From: Felis catus
Taxonomy: Eukaryota
Assembly (NCBI RefSeq): GCF_018350175.1
Contig: NC_058368.1
Span: 238,330,001-238,394,000, forward strand
Reading direction: 5' to 3'
DNA length: 64,000 nucleotides
Part shown: piece after piece, positions 12,299 to 23,748 of the stretch
Numbering within the stretch: position 1 is the stretch's first letter
Layout of the letters: each line of letters starts with the position of its first letter
Translations under genes and position numbers: made by a program
Notes under the pieces: model-generated
Databases searched by the model: none
Told to the model about the DNA's origin: nothing
Seen by the model: the letters and a program-made list of their open reading frames with translations, nothing else

Positions 12299-12779
12299 GT
12301 GGCTATGTGGGCGGGTGGATGGTAAGCAACCTTACTATGGTCACCAGTTTGCAATTCCGTCATCTGTGACTTGCTTAATGTTATTTGTCAACCACGGCCC
12401 AATAAATTCGGGCAGGGAGAAGGCACCAAATGCAAAGAATACTGCGTCCAACAAAGATTTCCCCAAACACCTTTTTTAAAGATTGGAAACATCACACAGC
12501 AACCACCTGGCTACGGCCTTCGGCAGGGCTCCCCCAACGACGTCCTCCCTCCCCTGGGCCACCCTCAGCTTCTTAGCTGAAGCTCTGACCGTCCAGCCAC
12601 CCCAGGCCCCTCCAGATGGGCAGTGTCTCCCCTACAGTGGCTGTGGCTCCTGTCTTCTTGGGCAGATGGCTGTCCTGTCGCCAGCCCGCAGGGTCCACAG
12701 TCCAGCCCGCAGGGCTCTGACCTGGGAGGCAGCTGTGGGACACACACTGCCCAGCGGACACCTGCCCAGGACTGCGTCG

Positions 12780-13450
12780 CTCACAGGGACCCGCAATCCC
12801 CTGCGGGGAGCAAAGGGCTGTGAGCCCCACCCTGCTTCCCCGGGACTGACCCTGACCCCTGAACCCCGGGGAACCCCCCCCACCAGACCCCCCCCCCACG
12901 ACCACCCGTCCCCAGGACTGACCCTGACCCCTGACTCCAGGCGGACGCCCTGGACCGCAGGTCCGTTTTCCCCGCACGCGCTCTCTGACCGCACGCTCCC
13001 CCACCCTGGGGTCCCGTCTCTGCTGGAAACGACACCCCCAAAGTGGGGCTGCGCGGGTGGCCCGGTTCCAAGGGCAACGGCGACACCGCTGGGCTGACTC
13101 GAGGAGCGCACCCGGGGGGACGGGGGCAGCACGGGGGCGGGACTGTGCGGGGAGGAGGAGCCCGCGGAGGCGCAGGGTGGGGGGTGGGGGTCGGCGCAGG
13201 GCCACTGCGCAGCCGCGGAAGAGCTGTGCGGGGCGGGGCGGAGAGGTCGCGGGGGAGGGGCGGAGAGGTCGCGGGGGAGGGGCGGGGGTCTCCGAAGGTC
13301 TTAAGGAAGGTGAGGGCGCGGGGAGGGGAAGGGCCCTTCTCCGCCCCTCCCGGGGTCTGGGCAGCTGCTCCGGGATTCCTCCTTCCTCCGGGTCACCCGC
13401 TGCGCCCCTTCCCACCCCCCACTCTGTCCTGGAAAGGCCGGGAGCTGGCT
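12780..13450. promoter_or_regulatory. CpG island / likely promoter
   Basis: Very high GC and CpG density; GC boxes (ggggcggggcgg, about 13230), ETS-like cggaag (about 13216), NRF1-like ctgcgcag (about 13205). Lies upstream of the minus-strand exon series. Confidence 0.7.
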
Positions 13451-14029
13451 CCCTTCTAGGAGGTGGCTCAGCAAGGCCTGACCTGGGGGCGCGGGGTCAG
13501 TGCCTGGCTGAGCAGAAGCCCCTCCAGCCCAGCCCCGCCCCTTCCAAAGGCTCCGGGCACAAGGCACCTGTCACCCCAGGTCCCCAGGGCAGCCCCTGGC
13601 CCGGGACGCAGGGTCCCTCACCTCCTCTTGGAGGCCTTTGGGGCCTCTCCCCCTTGGGGGTGAAGAGATCCTGACTCCCTCAATCCTGCCTCGGGTACCT
13701 CCCTCCAGGCACCTGGCCCTGAGCTGCCCCCTGGGGTCCTTGGATCCTGATGTAAAGGCAGCTCCGGAGAGCCCCCTGCCCAACCTCGCCGCTCCTCTCC
13801 CACTGACCCAATCTGCTCCGGGACCCCCTGAGGAGGCGCTCTGGGAACCCCAGGCGCAGACAGTTCCTCCGTTGCTCCTGAAGGGAAGGAATTACAGGTG
13901 CATACTTGGGTTCCTGAATCATGTTCTGAGATTTCAGCCACCAAGGATTTTACGACTCTTTTTGGTAAATTACCCTATTTGGGGTAAGTTTTTAGAAGTC
14001 CCCTATTCTCTCCCAGCAACTATCGCTGC

Positions 14030-14245
14030 TATTCATTTGCACGCTACTGCGTACGGACATTTTGTGTCTGTGGCCCCCACCCTCACAGCGATCCTGAGAA
14101 AGCTCTGCTGTGACAAGGGTGGAGGCGGAAGCTCGTGGAGACCTAGCGTCTTTTCACAGCCTCGCGGCAGCTGAATTGCAGAATGCAGATTCGAACCCAG
14201 GCCTACTTTGTTCAGAAGTCTGCTTTGATTCACCACACCCAGCCG
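14030..14245. mobile_element. MIR fragment
   Basis: cctcacagcgatcctgaga...gcagaatgcagattcgaacccagg, a MIR core signature. Confidence 0.65.
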
Positions 14246-15009
14246 CCCGTCACCATATGTCCCGGAGAGTGTTGGCAACTCAAAAGACAGACCTCCGGTC
14301 TCCGCATCACAAAACGGTTAAGATGCGGGAATCTGTTCCCGCAGCACGAGTGAGTGGAGGTCAGGCAGGACCTGGAGGTCAATTCTCTACCGACACTGGC
14401 ATCTTTAGGGAGATTCCAAAGAGCTCTTTGACTGGGGATGTCATCTACTCAACTCAAATTTTTCCTCTTTACAGATAAATAAACAAAATCGGACCTTAGA
14501 ATGAAAAGAAACTTGCCAGCAGAGAGGGGAATTGAATGATCTATAAATTAGACCGTGATTTATATTTCACTGACACAAACTATCCATCAGCTGAATGACT
14601 TTTAAATCAATGCTATAACGCGTAAAATGGCACAGCTTCAATATCGGTCCCCAACTTCATAAATCAAAGGAGCAAGATGGGATCAGATGGTGACCACCCT
14701 TGTCAACCACTCAAATCATAAATTACATTCTCAGACGGCTCCCGCTGTGGGTCGAGGGTGGCATCTTCGAGCACGGGAAGCCACGGAGGCAGGCGAGCCC
14801 TTCTTGTCACCACGGCCACCCCGCTTGTTCTCCGGGGAAGCCCGCAGCCCCAACACGCCTTCTGCCTGGCCGGGGACGTCAATGGAAGGCCGCGGCAGGA
14901 AATGGATTTCCATCACGCTATTGAGAATGGTAAAGGTAGGTATGGTTACCGTACCCCCTGAAGATGTTGATTTGGAGCTGCCGGCCAGGCTGTCCACTTG
15001 CTGTGTCCA

Positions 15010-15215
15010 TTGAGTCCAGAAGTCTGGGTCAGTGGACCTGGCCTACAGCTCGGCACCGTTGGCCAAGTCACCCAACCCGTCCAAGCCACAAGTTCCTCGT
15101 CATCAGAGAGGGCTGGTGATTTGTGTCTTACAAACAGGTGAGAATAAAATGGAATACAAGTAGACAGGTGCTCAGGATGGAGCTTTGCATGTTACTGCCC
15201 TCAGGTCAATAATAA
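15010..15215. mobile_element. MIR fragment (opposite orientation to the 14.1 kb copy)
   Basis: ttggccaagtcacccaacccgtccaagccacaagttcctcgtc...gtgagaataaaatgg. Confidence 0.55.
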
Positions 15216-15379
15216 TGCGCACCTGTACCCGGGGGGGGGGGGAGCCGGAGGGGGGGCGCAGAGGCAGAGACTCCCATGATTCCCACACACATCCACTCGG
15301 CTCAGTAATAATGTACACCTGTCCCCGGGGGAGGGGGGAGAGGCAGAGACAGAAAGAGGGAGAGAAGGGACCTGCTCGC

Positions 15380-16970
15380 TGAGCGTTTTGTGTTGTTTTC
15401 CTCGAACACGAATTGAATTCTGAGAAATATTTTTGTTTAATTTTTTTGCACTAGTAAGATAATCATAAGGTATTCCCTTTATTTGGTCAAGTTGGTGAGT
15501 TATATTGATTAATGGCATAAACCCTACTTTGGTTCCGACATGTTGTCATTTCTATATTTTGCTATAATTGGATTTGCAATAATTGTTCAGAATTTGGGGC
15601 CTATGTCCGTGAGTGAAATTGGTTTCTGATTCTCGCTTCTGATAATGTTCTTAGCAACTTGGTACCAGAGTGGCACTACCTTCGTCGTACAATTTAGGAA
15701 GTGCTCTGGATCCTTAGCTCTCCAAAGGCACGTGCGTAAGATCGGCATCCTGTATTTATTAGATATTTGGAAGAAATCACTAAAGTCAGTTGGCCTTACA
15801 TTCTCCGGGTGTAAAATATTAAGTTGCATATTTTATTAACAGATTAGAACTATTCATGTTTCCTATTTGTCCTCATGTAACTTCTGACAGTTGGTGTTTT
15901 TCAAGATATTTTTTCCTTTCATCTCTACTCTATAGAATGTATTGACATAAAATTGTCGATAATATCTTACTATCTTTTTAACGACTAAATCTATTGCACT
16001 GTTCCCTTTTTCATTCTTAATCATGGTGTTTCGTGTTCTCTCTCCATTCATTTTGTTTTCAGTGGCTATGTTAGTGTTAGCAATTTTATTAATATGTGTA
16101 AAGAGGTAATTTTCGGGTTTGTTAAGTTTTTCTATTGTGTAAATATTTTAAAATTTCATTGATTTTTCCTTTGGTCTTCATTATATCCTTTCTTTTGCTC
16201 TCTATGGATTTATTATCTTATCCTTTTCCTAGTTTCCTGAGATGGAAGTTTATACTGTTGAATATCTACTCTTTTTTTTTTTCCAAGATATGCATTTGGA
16301 GCTAGGAATTTCTTAGCTGTTCTCCACAGGTTTTTTATGTCTTATTTCTGTTATCATTCTGTTCAAAATGCTTTCTAATATTTTTACTTTGTTATTAACT
16401 TCATTATTCATTATATTAATCACTTTATTATTAATAGTAATGAAATATTTAGAAGTATGTGGCTTAATTTCCACATTTTAGGGAATTTTTAATTATCTCT
16501 GAGTTTTTACTTCAATTCCAGATGGTCAGAGAATAAACTCTGGTATATTTTCAGTTACTTGAATATGGTCTGTTTCAATAAATGTTTCTTTTGGACTTAA
16601 AAAGAATGTGTGCTCTGCAGTGGTTAAGGGCAATGTTCTACATAAGTCAGTTGGGCCAACTTAGTTCATTATGCTGTTGAGATCTTCTCTAATTTTAGTG
16701 AGTTTTTGTCTCTTTGTTACTGAGAAGTGTGTTAAAATCTCCAAAGTGATTGTGATTTGCCTCTTTTCCTTTTAGTCCTGTCAGCTTCAGCTTTCTCTAT
16801 TTTGATGTTGTATTATTAGGTGCATACAAGTTTAAGATCATTGTGTCTTTGTATAGAATTGACTTTTCTACCATAGTGAAATATTCCTTTTCATAGCTAT
16901 AATACTTCCAGCCTTAAAATCTATTGATTTAGCTACAACAGCTCTTTTTCATCAAATGCTTGCAAGGTGT
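15380..16970 (-). mobile_element. Decayed L1 ORF2 (endonuclease-linker-RT region)
   Basis: Minus-strand ORF relics match L1 ORF2p motifs: IKNEKGNSAIDLVVKKIVRYYRQFYVN (cf. IRNEKGDITTD...REYYEQLYAN), ENQKPISLTDIGPK (cf. ENYRPISLMNIDAK), INITHQLDQIK (cf. INVIHHINRIK). Many stops and frameshifts. Confidence 0.9.
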
Positions 16971-17239
16971 GTCTGAAAGTATTCGTGTTCCCTGACAAGC
17001 ACGAGATAAAACGAAATGGCTGGTTTTGAAACATGTTGCCAGGATCCCAGACGGTGGGTGCCCGGCTCTGTCAGCTTGTGTTCAAGCCCCGAGAGAAGCA
17101 GGGTGATAGGACTCACAGCCAGGCCAGCCCCACCTGCTCTACTGTGACTGATTAGAATCGGGAACAGTGTCCTGTCATGGGGATAGTCGCTTTGGGGAAA
17201 GTCTGAGGCCTGGGAACCACAGGCTGATTCTTATCTAAT

Positions 17240-17351
17240 GTGTGGTCATTTCTTCCCAGTTTGTCCAGGAATGTCTGGGGTTCCTGAGGCATGGGACTCT
17301 CAGTGCTAAAACCAGGGCATTGCAGGAAAACCAACGTGAGTTGGCCGTCCT
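17240..17351. mobile_element. MER94-like hAT DNA transposon relic
   Basis: cccagtttgtccagg...gggactctcagtgctaaaaccaggg...gagttggcc matches the recalled MER94 consensus; about 110 bp. Confidence 0.65.
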
Positions 17352-17949
17352 GCCTCTCAGCCCTGCTTGGATGGCCTTGCCCCTCCTGTCAGGCTGCACT
17401 GGGCTTCCTGCAGTCATGGCCACTGGCCCACCCGGAGCGGATTTCTCCGCCCAGCATGCCCCATCTGGGTGGTATAGACGCACGTACGTGTGTTTGCTCG
17501 TTCACAGGCCCTTCCACACTGAGAGGGGAGCGGTGGTGTTTCCCTTCTGGAAGAGCTAAGACAAGAGGCGGCCCCGTGGGCACCCACCTTGGAGGCCCCT
17601 GGGTGCCCCGCTGGAGGGAGCAGGGCTGGCCGTGGTGCGGGCTGGGGGGCAGGGGACCGCAGGTGCGCCCCTGTCTCCGGACCGCAAGGCACCGCTGGAC
17701 GAAGACATTCCCTGTGTGTCGCCCGCTCTTCCTCAGACTCTGGCCCCAGCCGCCAGTGCCGCTTCATCAGGCTCTGCGGAAGCCCCCCTGGGAGCAGCGC
17801 ACAGGAGCCTGGGTGTCCCTGCTGCAGGCCCCGCCTGCTTCTGGCACCCCGTGAACTTTCAGCTGGGAGGCATCGAGAAAAGCTCGCCCACTCGTTGTGA
17901 GTCTTCCACGCCTCCTGCCGCCTTCTCCCTGGTCTAAAAACTCCCACGA

Positions 17950-19000
17950 GGCCGACAGGGCAGAAACCGCGGTCTCCGAGTGTCTCCGGAGCCACAGGGA
18001 CTCTCCGGGGCAGAAGGGACGCCCCTGCCGATGCCTCCCTGGCCGTCCCCGGGCTCGGGGCCCAGCGGCCGCCGCGACAGCCCAGCCGGCTCTATGCCGA
18101 GCTCCGCACGGTGGTGGCGCCACGCGGCCCGTGGAGGACGGGTCCTGTCTCTGCTCGGGCGCTGGCAGGCGTGGTCGGGTCAGTCGCCAGACAAGTGTTT
18201 TCTGCCACGAGCATTCTGAAGCGGTTCCAGCGAAGGTGGCAGAGAAGGTGGGAGGTTAAGGGGAAACGGCGGCAGCCAAAAGCCACGGGTCAGGTCAGCG
18301 CGTGTCCCCGAACAACCGCGGACGGCTTCCCGGGGCAGGTGAGTCCGTTGCGGCGAAGGGGCCAGAGGTGTGCGGCCGCCGCGCCGATGGCAGGACAAAG
18401 CCACGGCCGAGTGTGAGGAGCCCCGCGGCGGCTGTGAGCGGTGCGGGGACGTTTCCCCGCGGGGACCGCGCCCGCCCACACAGCGATCCGGGCGGCGGGA
18501 CACGCCTGTGCCCTCGCACGGCACGCGTCTGCGGCCCTATCTCAAGAATGGAAGAACTGAGAGCCCTCAATGCTGCTCCCGGAAGCCGTGGGCAGCGGCA
18601 GGGACTCGGTCCGATCGGAGCAAAGTGGTGGCCTCGGTGACACAGCAGCCCCAGAGCCGACCCGATCGGAACAGCGGGCACCCGAGGCGAAGGGCACCTG
18701 ACCTATGTTCCATCATCTCCGCCGGGTCATTGAAAACGTCCGATCGCCGGCTGTGGCTTCCCAAAGTCCGTCAGGAGTAGAGCACCGTCGTGGAGGCGGG
18801 GCGACCACGCTCCATCCAGTCCCTGTTCCAATCCCTGCGGCATCGCCCCAGCTCCGCCTCGGGCCTGCAGCACGGGGAGGGGGGCGGGGGGGGGGGGGGG
18901 GTGGCCAGGCTCTGCCTGCGCGAAGCCTGCACACGCGCAGAGCCCGTGAGCTCAGCGTCCCCGTCGCGTCCAGACAGCGGGGAGGGGAGGCTTGGCGGGG
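17950..19000. promoter_or_regulatory. CpG-island-like segment
   Basis: Dense CpG, ggaggcggggcg GC box (about 18792), poly-G run at about 18878-18901. Confidence 0.45.
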
Positions 19001-19061
19001 AAGAGACACCTCTGTGTCTGGCCCCAGAGGGAGAATGGGGAACACCACCGTGCCCACAGTT

Positions 19062-19590
19062 GGGCAGGGCCCCCCACCTCAATCAGGGTCCCTCCCACCT
19101 CGGGCATGGGTCCCCCACCTCAGGCAGGGCCCCCCCACTTCAGACAGGGTCCCCCCCACCTTGGGCATGGGTCCCCCCCACTATGGGCAGGGCCCCCCAC
19201 CTCAATCAGGGTCCCCCCACCTCGGGCATGGGTCCCCCACCTCAGGCATGGCCCCCCACTTCAGACAGGGTCCCCCCACCTTGGGCATGGGTCCCTCCAC
19301 TTCAGGCAGGGTCCCCCACCTCAATCAGGGTCCCCCCACCTCGGGCATGGGTCCCCCCCACTATGGGCAGGGCCCCCCACCTCAATCAGGGTCCCCCCAC
19401 TTCGGGCATGGGTCCCCCACCTCGGGCAGGGCCCCCCACTTCAGACAGGGTCCCCCCACCTTGGGCATGGGTCCTCCACCTCAGGCAGGGCCCCCACCTC
19501 AATCAGGGTCCCCCCACCTCGGGCATGGCCCCCACCTCGGGCATGGATCCCCCCACTTCGGGCAGGGCACCCCGCCTCGGGCAGGGTCCG
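19062..19590. repeat. C-rich minisatellite, about 20-bp units with higher-order structure
   Basis: Variants of gggcatgggtccccccacctc, aatcagggtccccccacctc and agacagggtccccccacctt; about 26 units. Confidence 0.95.
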
Positions 19591-20341
19591 CTCACAGCCC
19601 CCACCCTTCCCGGGGCTCCTGTCCTATCTGCGTGCACACATTTCAGAACCACGGTGCTCGTGAAGATTCAAGTCTGTTTCTGTGTCATCCGGTGGCGTCT
19701 AAGGAGGGCAGGGTGGGTGGCTCGGGATCCTGCCAGGGCCCCTGAAATCACCACGGGGTCTCACCTGAGTCTTTGGGGAAGCTTGAAGGTCAAGACCCTT
19801 CGTGCTGGGCCTGTCAAGTTGCCCAGGGCCTGGACTCTGGGCTGCTCACTGGGGGCCGGTGAGCTGCCCGTGGGGCTGGCTGGATGAGGTGGGGACAGAG
19901 AGCGGCCGTCCCAAAGCATGAAACAAGGCAGAGTGGGGGGCATCTGTCTCAAAGCCAAACATGAGCATAAAGGGAGAGCCACACTTCTGTCAGCCTTAGA
20001 GCTGAGGCCCCGCTGTGGTTCCAGTTGGGTGTCGGGGCCTGAGGCCACAGGCGTGTGCAGGGACCGCCATGGGGCCGTGTGAGCGTCAGGAAGCTGGGCC
20101 CTCACGGTGGCTCCTTGGCCATCTGTTTCCCCGATGAGAAGGTGGAGGCCTTGAAAAGGGGGACACAGGACAGGGAGGGCTGCTGGGAACTCGGGGCAGG
20201 ATGACATATGACAAACCCAGCCCTCATCCCCACGGCGTGTCAGTGAGGAGGGGCTCCACCTGTGGCGTGCACTTGCTTATTGATTGACTTTTTCCGAGCA
20301 CGCACAGTCCTTCTGTGACTTTGAAAGGAGGTTTTATAATG

Positions 20342-20552
20342 ATTTTTAAGTTTATTTATCTTAAGAGAGAGAGCATGAGCAGGGGAGGGGCAGAGAGAGA
20401 GAGACAGACAGACAGACAGAGAGGATCCCAAGCAGGCTCCACACTGTACTCAGAGCCCAGCGTGGGGCTCGATCCCACAAACCGCAAGATCACGACCTGA
20501 GCCGAAACCAGGAGTCAGACACTCAACCGACCGAAGGGGCACCCGGTGCCCC
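20342..20552 (-). mobile_element. CanSINE
   Basis: Reverse complement: tttatttat, (GA)n, ggggctcgatccc, actcaaccga...ggtgcccc. Confidence 0.95.
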
Positions 20553-20774
20553 GAAAAGGACGTTCTAAACGTTCTGGACAAAGCAGTGCCACACCGTGCT
20601 CACAGTGCTTTGGGGTAAAGGTCGCATGATGCTGAGGGGTACCTGGCCACCTCGGCACCGTCCGCCAGGGACTGAATTTACAAAATTCTGCTCCTGCCAG
20701 AAATGTCTACGACTCTCCATCCCGGGGTTCCCTGGCTGCTCAGGCAGCCCACTGAGGGCAAGGGGACGAGCCTC

Positions 20775-21372
20775 TAATCTGGGGTGGCCTCGCCAAGGGC
20801 TGGGGATGAGCCCCCTGACCTGGGGTGGCCCCGCTGTGGGCTGGAGACGAGACCCCTGACCTGGGGTGGCCTCGCCGAGGTCTGGAGACGAGTTCCCTGA
20901 CCTGGGGTGGCCTCACCAAGGGCTGGGGATGAGCCCCCTGACCTGGGGTGGCCCCGCTGTGGGCTGGAGACGAGCCTCCTGACCTGGGATGTCCTCGCCA
21001 AGGGCTGGAGATGAGGCCCCTGACCTGAGGTGGCCCTACTGTGGGCTGGAGACGAGCCCCCTGACCTGGGATGTCCTCGCCAAGGGCTGGGGATGAGCCC
21101 CCTGACCTGGGATGTCCTCGCCAAGGGCTGGGGATGAGCCCCCTGACCTGGGGTGGCCTCGCCGAGGGCTGGAGACGAGACCCCTGACCTGGGGTGGCCC
21201 CTCTGTGACCTGGAGACGAGACCCCTGACCTGTGATGTCCTCATCAAGGGCTGGGGATGAGCCCCCTGACCTGAGGTGGCCCCACTGTGGGCTGGAGATG
21301 AGCCCCCTGACCTGGGGTGGCCCCACTATGGCCTGGAGACGAGCCCCCTGACCTGGGGTAGCCTCGTCGAGG
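20775..21372. repeat. 41-bp minisatellite, about 14.5 copies
   Basis: tgacct recurs exactly every 41 bp from 20816 to 21349; unit tgacctggggtggcctcgccaagggctggggatgagccccc. Confidence 0.97.
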
Positions 21373-21984
21373 GCTGCCCACCACTCCTGTCCCACAGAGG
21401 GTGCCCCGGGCGACAAGGGGCCCACCGCGCAGGAACGAGGGGTAAGCACGCCTCCCCTGGCGCCTGGAGCAGGGCTGTGCCCACAGAACCCGATGAGCAA
21501 GCCGCTGTGGAACAGGATTAGGCAGTGGAAGGGGACCTTCTCCCCGACCAGCTCCATAGGGGCTGGAAGGGAGGGGCCGCAGGGACAGGGAGGGCAGATG
21601 GACACCACGTGGGCGACCCCAAAAGGCTACGCTTCGCCCCTGCCCTCTCTGCAGGAGGCCACACCAAAACCAAAGGAGCAACCGGGCGAAACCCAGCCCG
21701 GCTTCTTCAGCCGCCGAACCTTTCGTGCTCCGAGGTCGGGGCCTGGGATTTCCCACGGCGGTGGGTCCCGTGTCCCCTTATTCCTGCTCTTCCCCACGTC
21801 TCCCAGACCCCTCGGGTGCTGGCGGCCCCCCCACCTCGGCCCCCTTCACTGCCCACTTGGTCCCCTAAAGAGCCCGCAGGAGGCAGGTGCCTTGGCTGTT
21901 GGGCGCAGGGTTGCTGGATCCACGGAGGGATCACCGATCGTTTAACCGCAAGATGAGAAGATTCAAGAAGACGTCATCAGCCCT

Positions 21985-22320
21985 CCTGTGTCCCCGCAAA
22001 ATTCATACGTTGACTCTCTAGCCCCCGGCACCTCAGAACGGGCTCTATTTGGAGACAGTCCTTAAAGAGGTGATTAAGGCAAAACGAGGTCGCTAGGGCA
22101 GCCGTGATCCCACAGGACCGGTGTCCTTGTAGGAGAGGCGGTCAGGACACAAGGGCAGGAGCCAGGCTACGCCCCCAGGAGAGGAGCCTCAGGAACCAGC
22201 CTGCCCCCCCACCCAAGCCCGCCTCTGGACATCCCACCCAGGGACCACGGGACCACCGGTGGCAGACAATGACTTCCTACTGTTGACGGCGCCCACCTGC
22301 GGTGTTCCTACCCCCGCCCT
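21985..22320 (+). mobile_element. MaLR LTR (MLT1B-like)
   Basis: tgtgtccccgcaaaattcatacgttga...cacctcagaa...tatttggagacag...gaggtgattaag...ggtgtccttgtaggagagg. Confidence 0.85.
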
Positions 22321-23574
22321 CCGGGACTAATGTGGGGAACAAGGGCCATTTCCAAGTATCTGGGGAGCCCCCACGTGGAGATGAGTAAACTCGTCGCTGC
22401 CGGGTCCCACGGGCAGGACTGACGGGAAGGAAGGCGTCCGAGCCGCGGCTCATCCCCTGAGCGCTGGCTCCGTGCCCGGCCCAGGGGCCCTGGGCACATG
22501 GGTTAACCAGCCCTGCTCCTCCCTCAGAGCCACCCGCCAGGCAGGGCACGGGCAGCCCAGGGCCAGACATCACCCACCCCTGTGAACGTGAGCTGCCACC
22601 ATTGGGCCCGGGGGGGGATGGCCCCAGGCAGGAGGAGACGTCAGGGGGGCACTGGGGCTGCGGGAAGGTCGCCAGCAGCTTACGGGGCTTCGATGGGGCC
22701 AGACTGTCACGGGCCTTACTGACCTCTACCCCGCAGGCCCTGGGGTGGCTCCGGTGCAGGGGAGGCCCACAGGAAGCCAGCCGGGGTGCCGGTGGGGGGC
22801 GTCCAGGGGCCGCTCTCCCTGAAATGGAGCACCCCTGCCGGCTGCAGCCTCTCGCGGGGGTGCCCCGAGGGAGCCGGCCTCTGAGGTCCCGGCCGCCTGG
22901 GCCACAGGTCCCGTATTAGAGAATCTCGGAGCGAAGGCCTCGCCTCAAATGGGAACGGAGGGCAGAGTTGAGCACAAGACGTGGCGGCTGAGAGCCCGCC
23001 CGAGCTGCCGGGAGACCATCTCCCTCCGTCCAGCTGCTCCGGACCGAGACGCTGTGCGAGGCACCGCGCTTCACGGGCAAAGTGCCCAGACGGACGCGCT
23101 GTTCCCTGCACACGCAGAGCGGGGCATCCGGACGGCAGGAGCCCCGCGGAGGGCAGGGCTGTGGGTGTGGACCCGGGAGGAGCCGGCTCCAGCTCGCGGG
23201 CCCGGGAATCTCAGACCCACGTCGCCCTCTGATCACTCAGCTTTGTAAGGCGGGTCGTCTGGGCTGGCGCTCCCCTGCAGGGTGGGAGATCCGGGTGTGT
23301 GAGAACACCGCGTGGATGCTGGCAGACGGAGCGGTATGGCGGTGACGGCCGAGGGCTGGCGCGGGAGGGGGTCACAGGCCCCGATACGCACGGTCCTCCG
23401 GTCCTCCCCCCTCGAGTCTGCAAACATCACAGCTGAAACGTTACACCTGATGATCCCGGGGAGGCGCCAGCCCCCCCCCTCCAGCATTTGAATTTGTGCT
23501 ACTTGCTCGGTTTCGCCTGGGTTGTTGCCAAAAGTAACAACGTTTCCCGCCCTATTCCTCGATACAAGCGACTG

Positions 23575-23748
23575 TACACGCCCGCACACACGCACACACC
23601 TGTACACGCCTGCACACGCACGCATACACACGCACCTGCACACGTGTGCACACCCAATACCTATACCTGCACACACCTGCACCTGCACGCGCGGACACGC
23701 TTACATGCGCCTGCACACACACGTCTGCACACACGTGCACAGGCACAC
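23575..23748. repeat. Degenerate (CA)/(CACG) low-complexity tract
   Basis: cacacgcacacacctg variants. Confidence 0.8.

Larger units (their letters stand above)
444..13200 (-). other. Candidate spliced transcription unit (unidentified gene, pseudogene or lncRNA), probably continuing past the window start
   Basis: Eight minus-strand segments have pyrimidine-tract/AG acceptors, seven with GT donors (11161-11096/11078, 10008-9953, 9664-9479, 6165-?, 3856-3749, 3330-3241, 1084-952, 521-444). All lie downstream of a CpG island at about 12.8-13.45 kb. No recognised protein similarity; the first exon is not defined. Confidence 0.5.

Noticed and set aside
444..13200. Assigning a gene symbol to the minus-strand transcript
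   Set aside because: The peptides match no protein I can recall; a database search is needed.
15201..16051. Reverse-transcriptase-like peptides as an active retroelement or novel RT system
   Set aside because: Short, stop-ridden, frameshifted relics of ordinary ancient L1 ORF2.
18705..19887. 346-365 aa Pro/Gly-rich ORFs resembling proline-rich salivary proteins or collagen
   Set aside because: Produced by the C-rich minisatellite; all three plus frames are open and homopolymer lengths vary freely.
20775..21372. CRISPR-like regular periodicity
   Set aside because: Units are contiguous and similar along their whole length, with no unique spacers and no cas genes; the DNA is mammalian.
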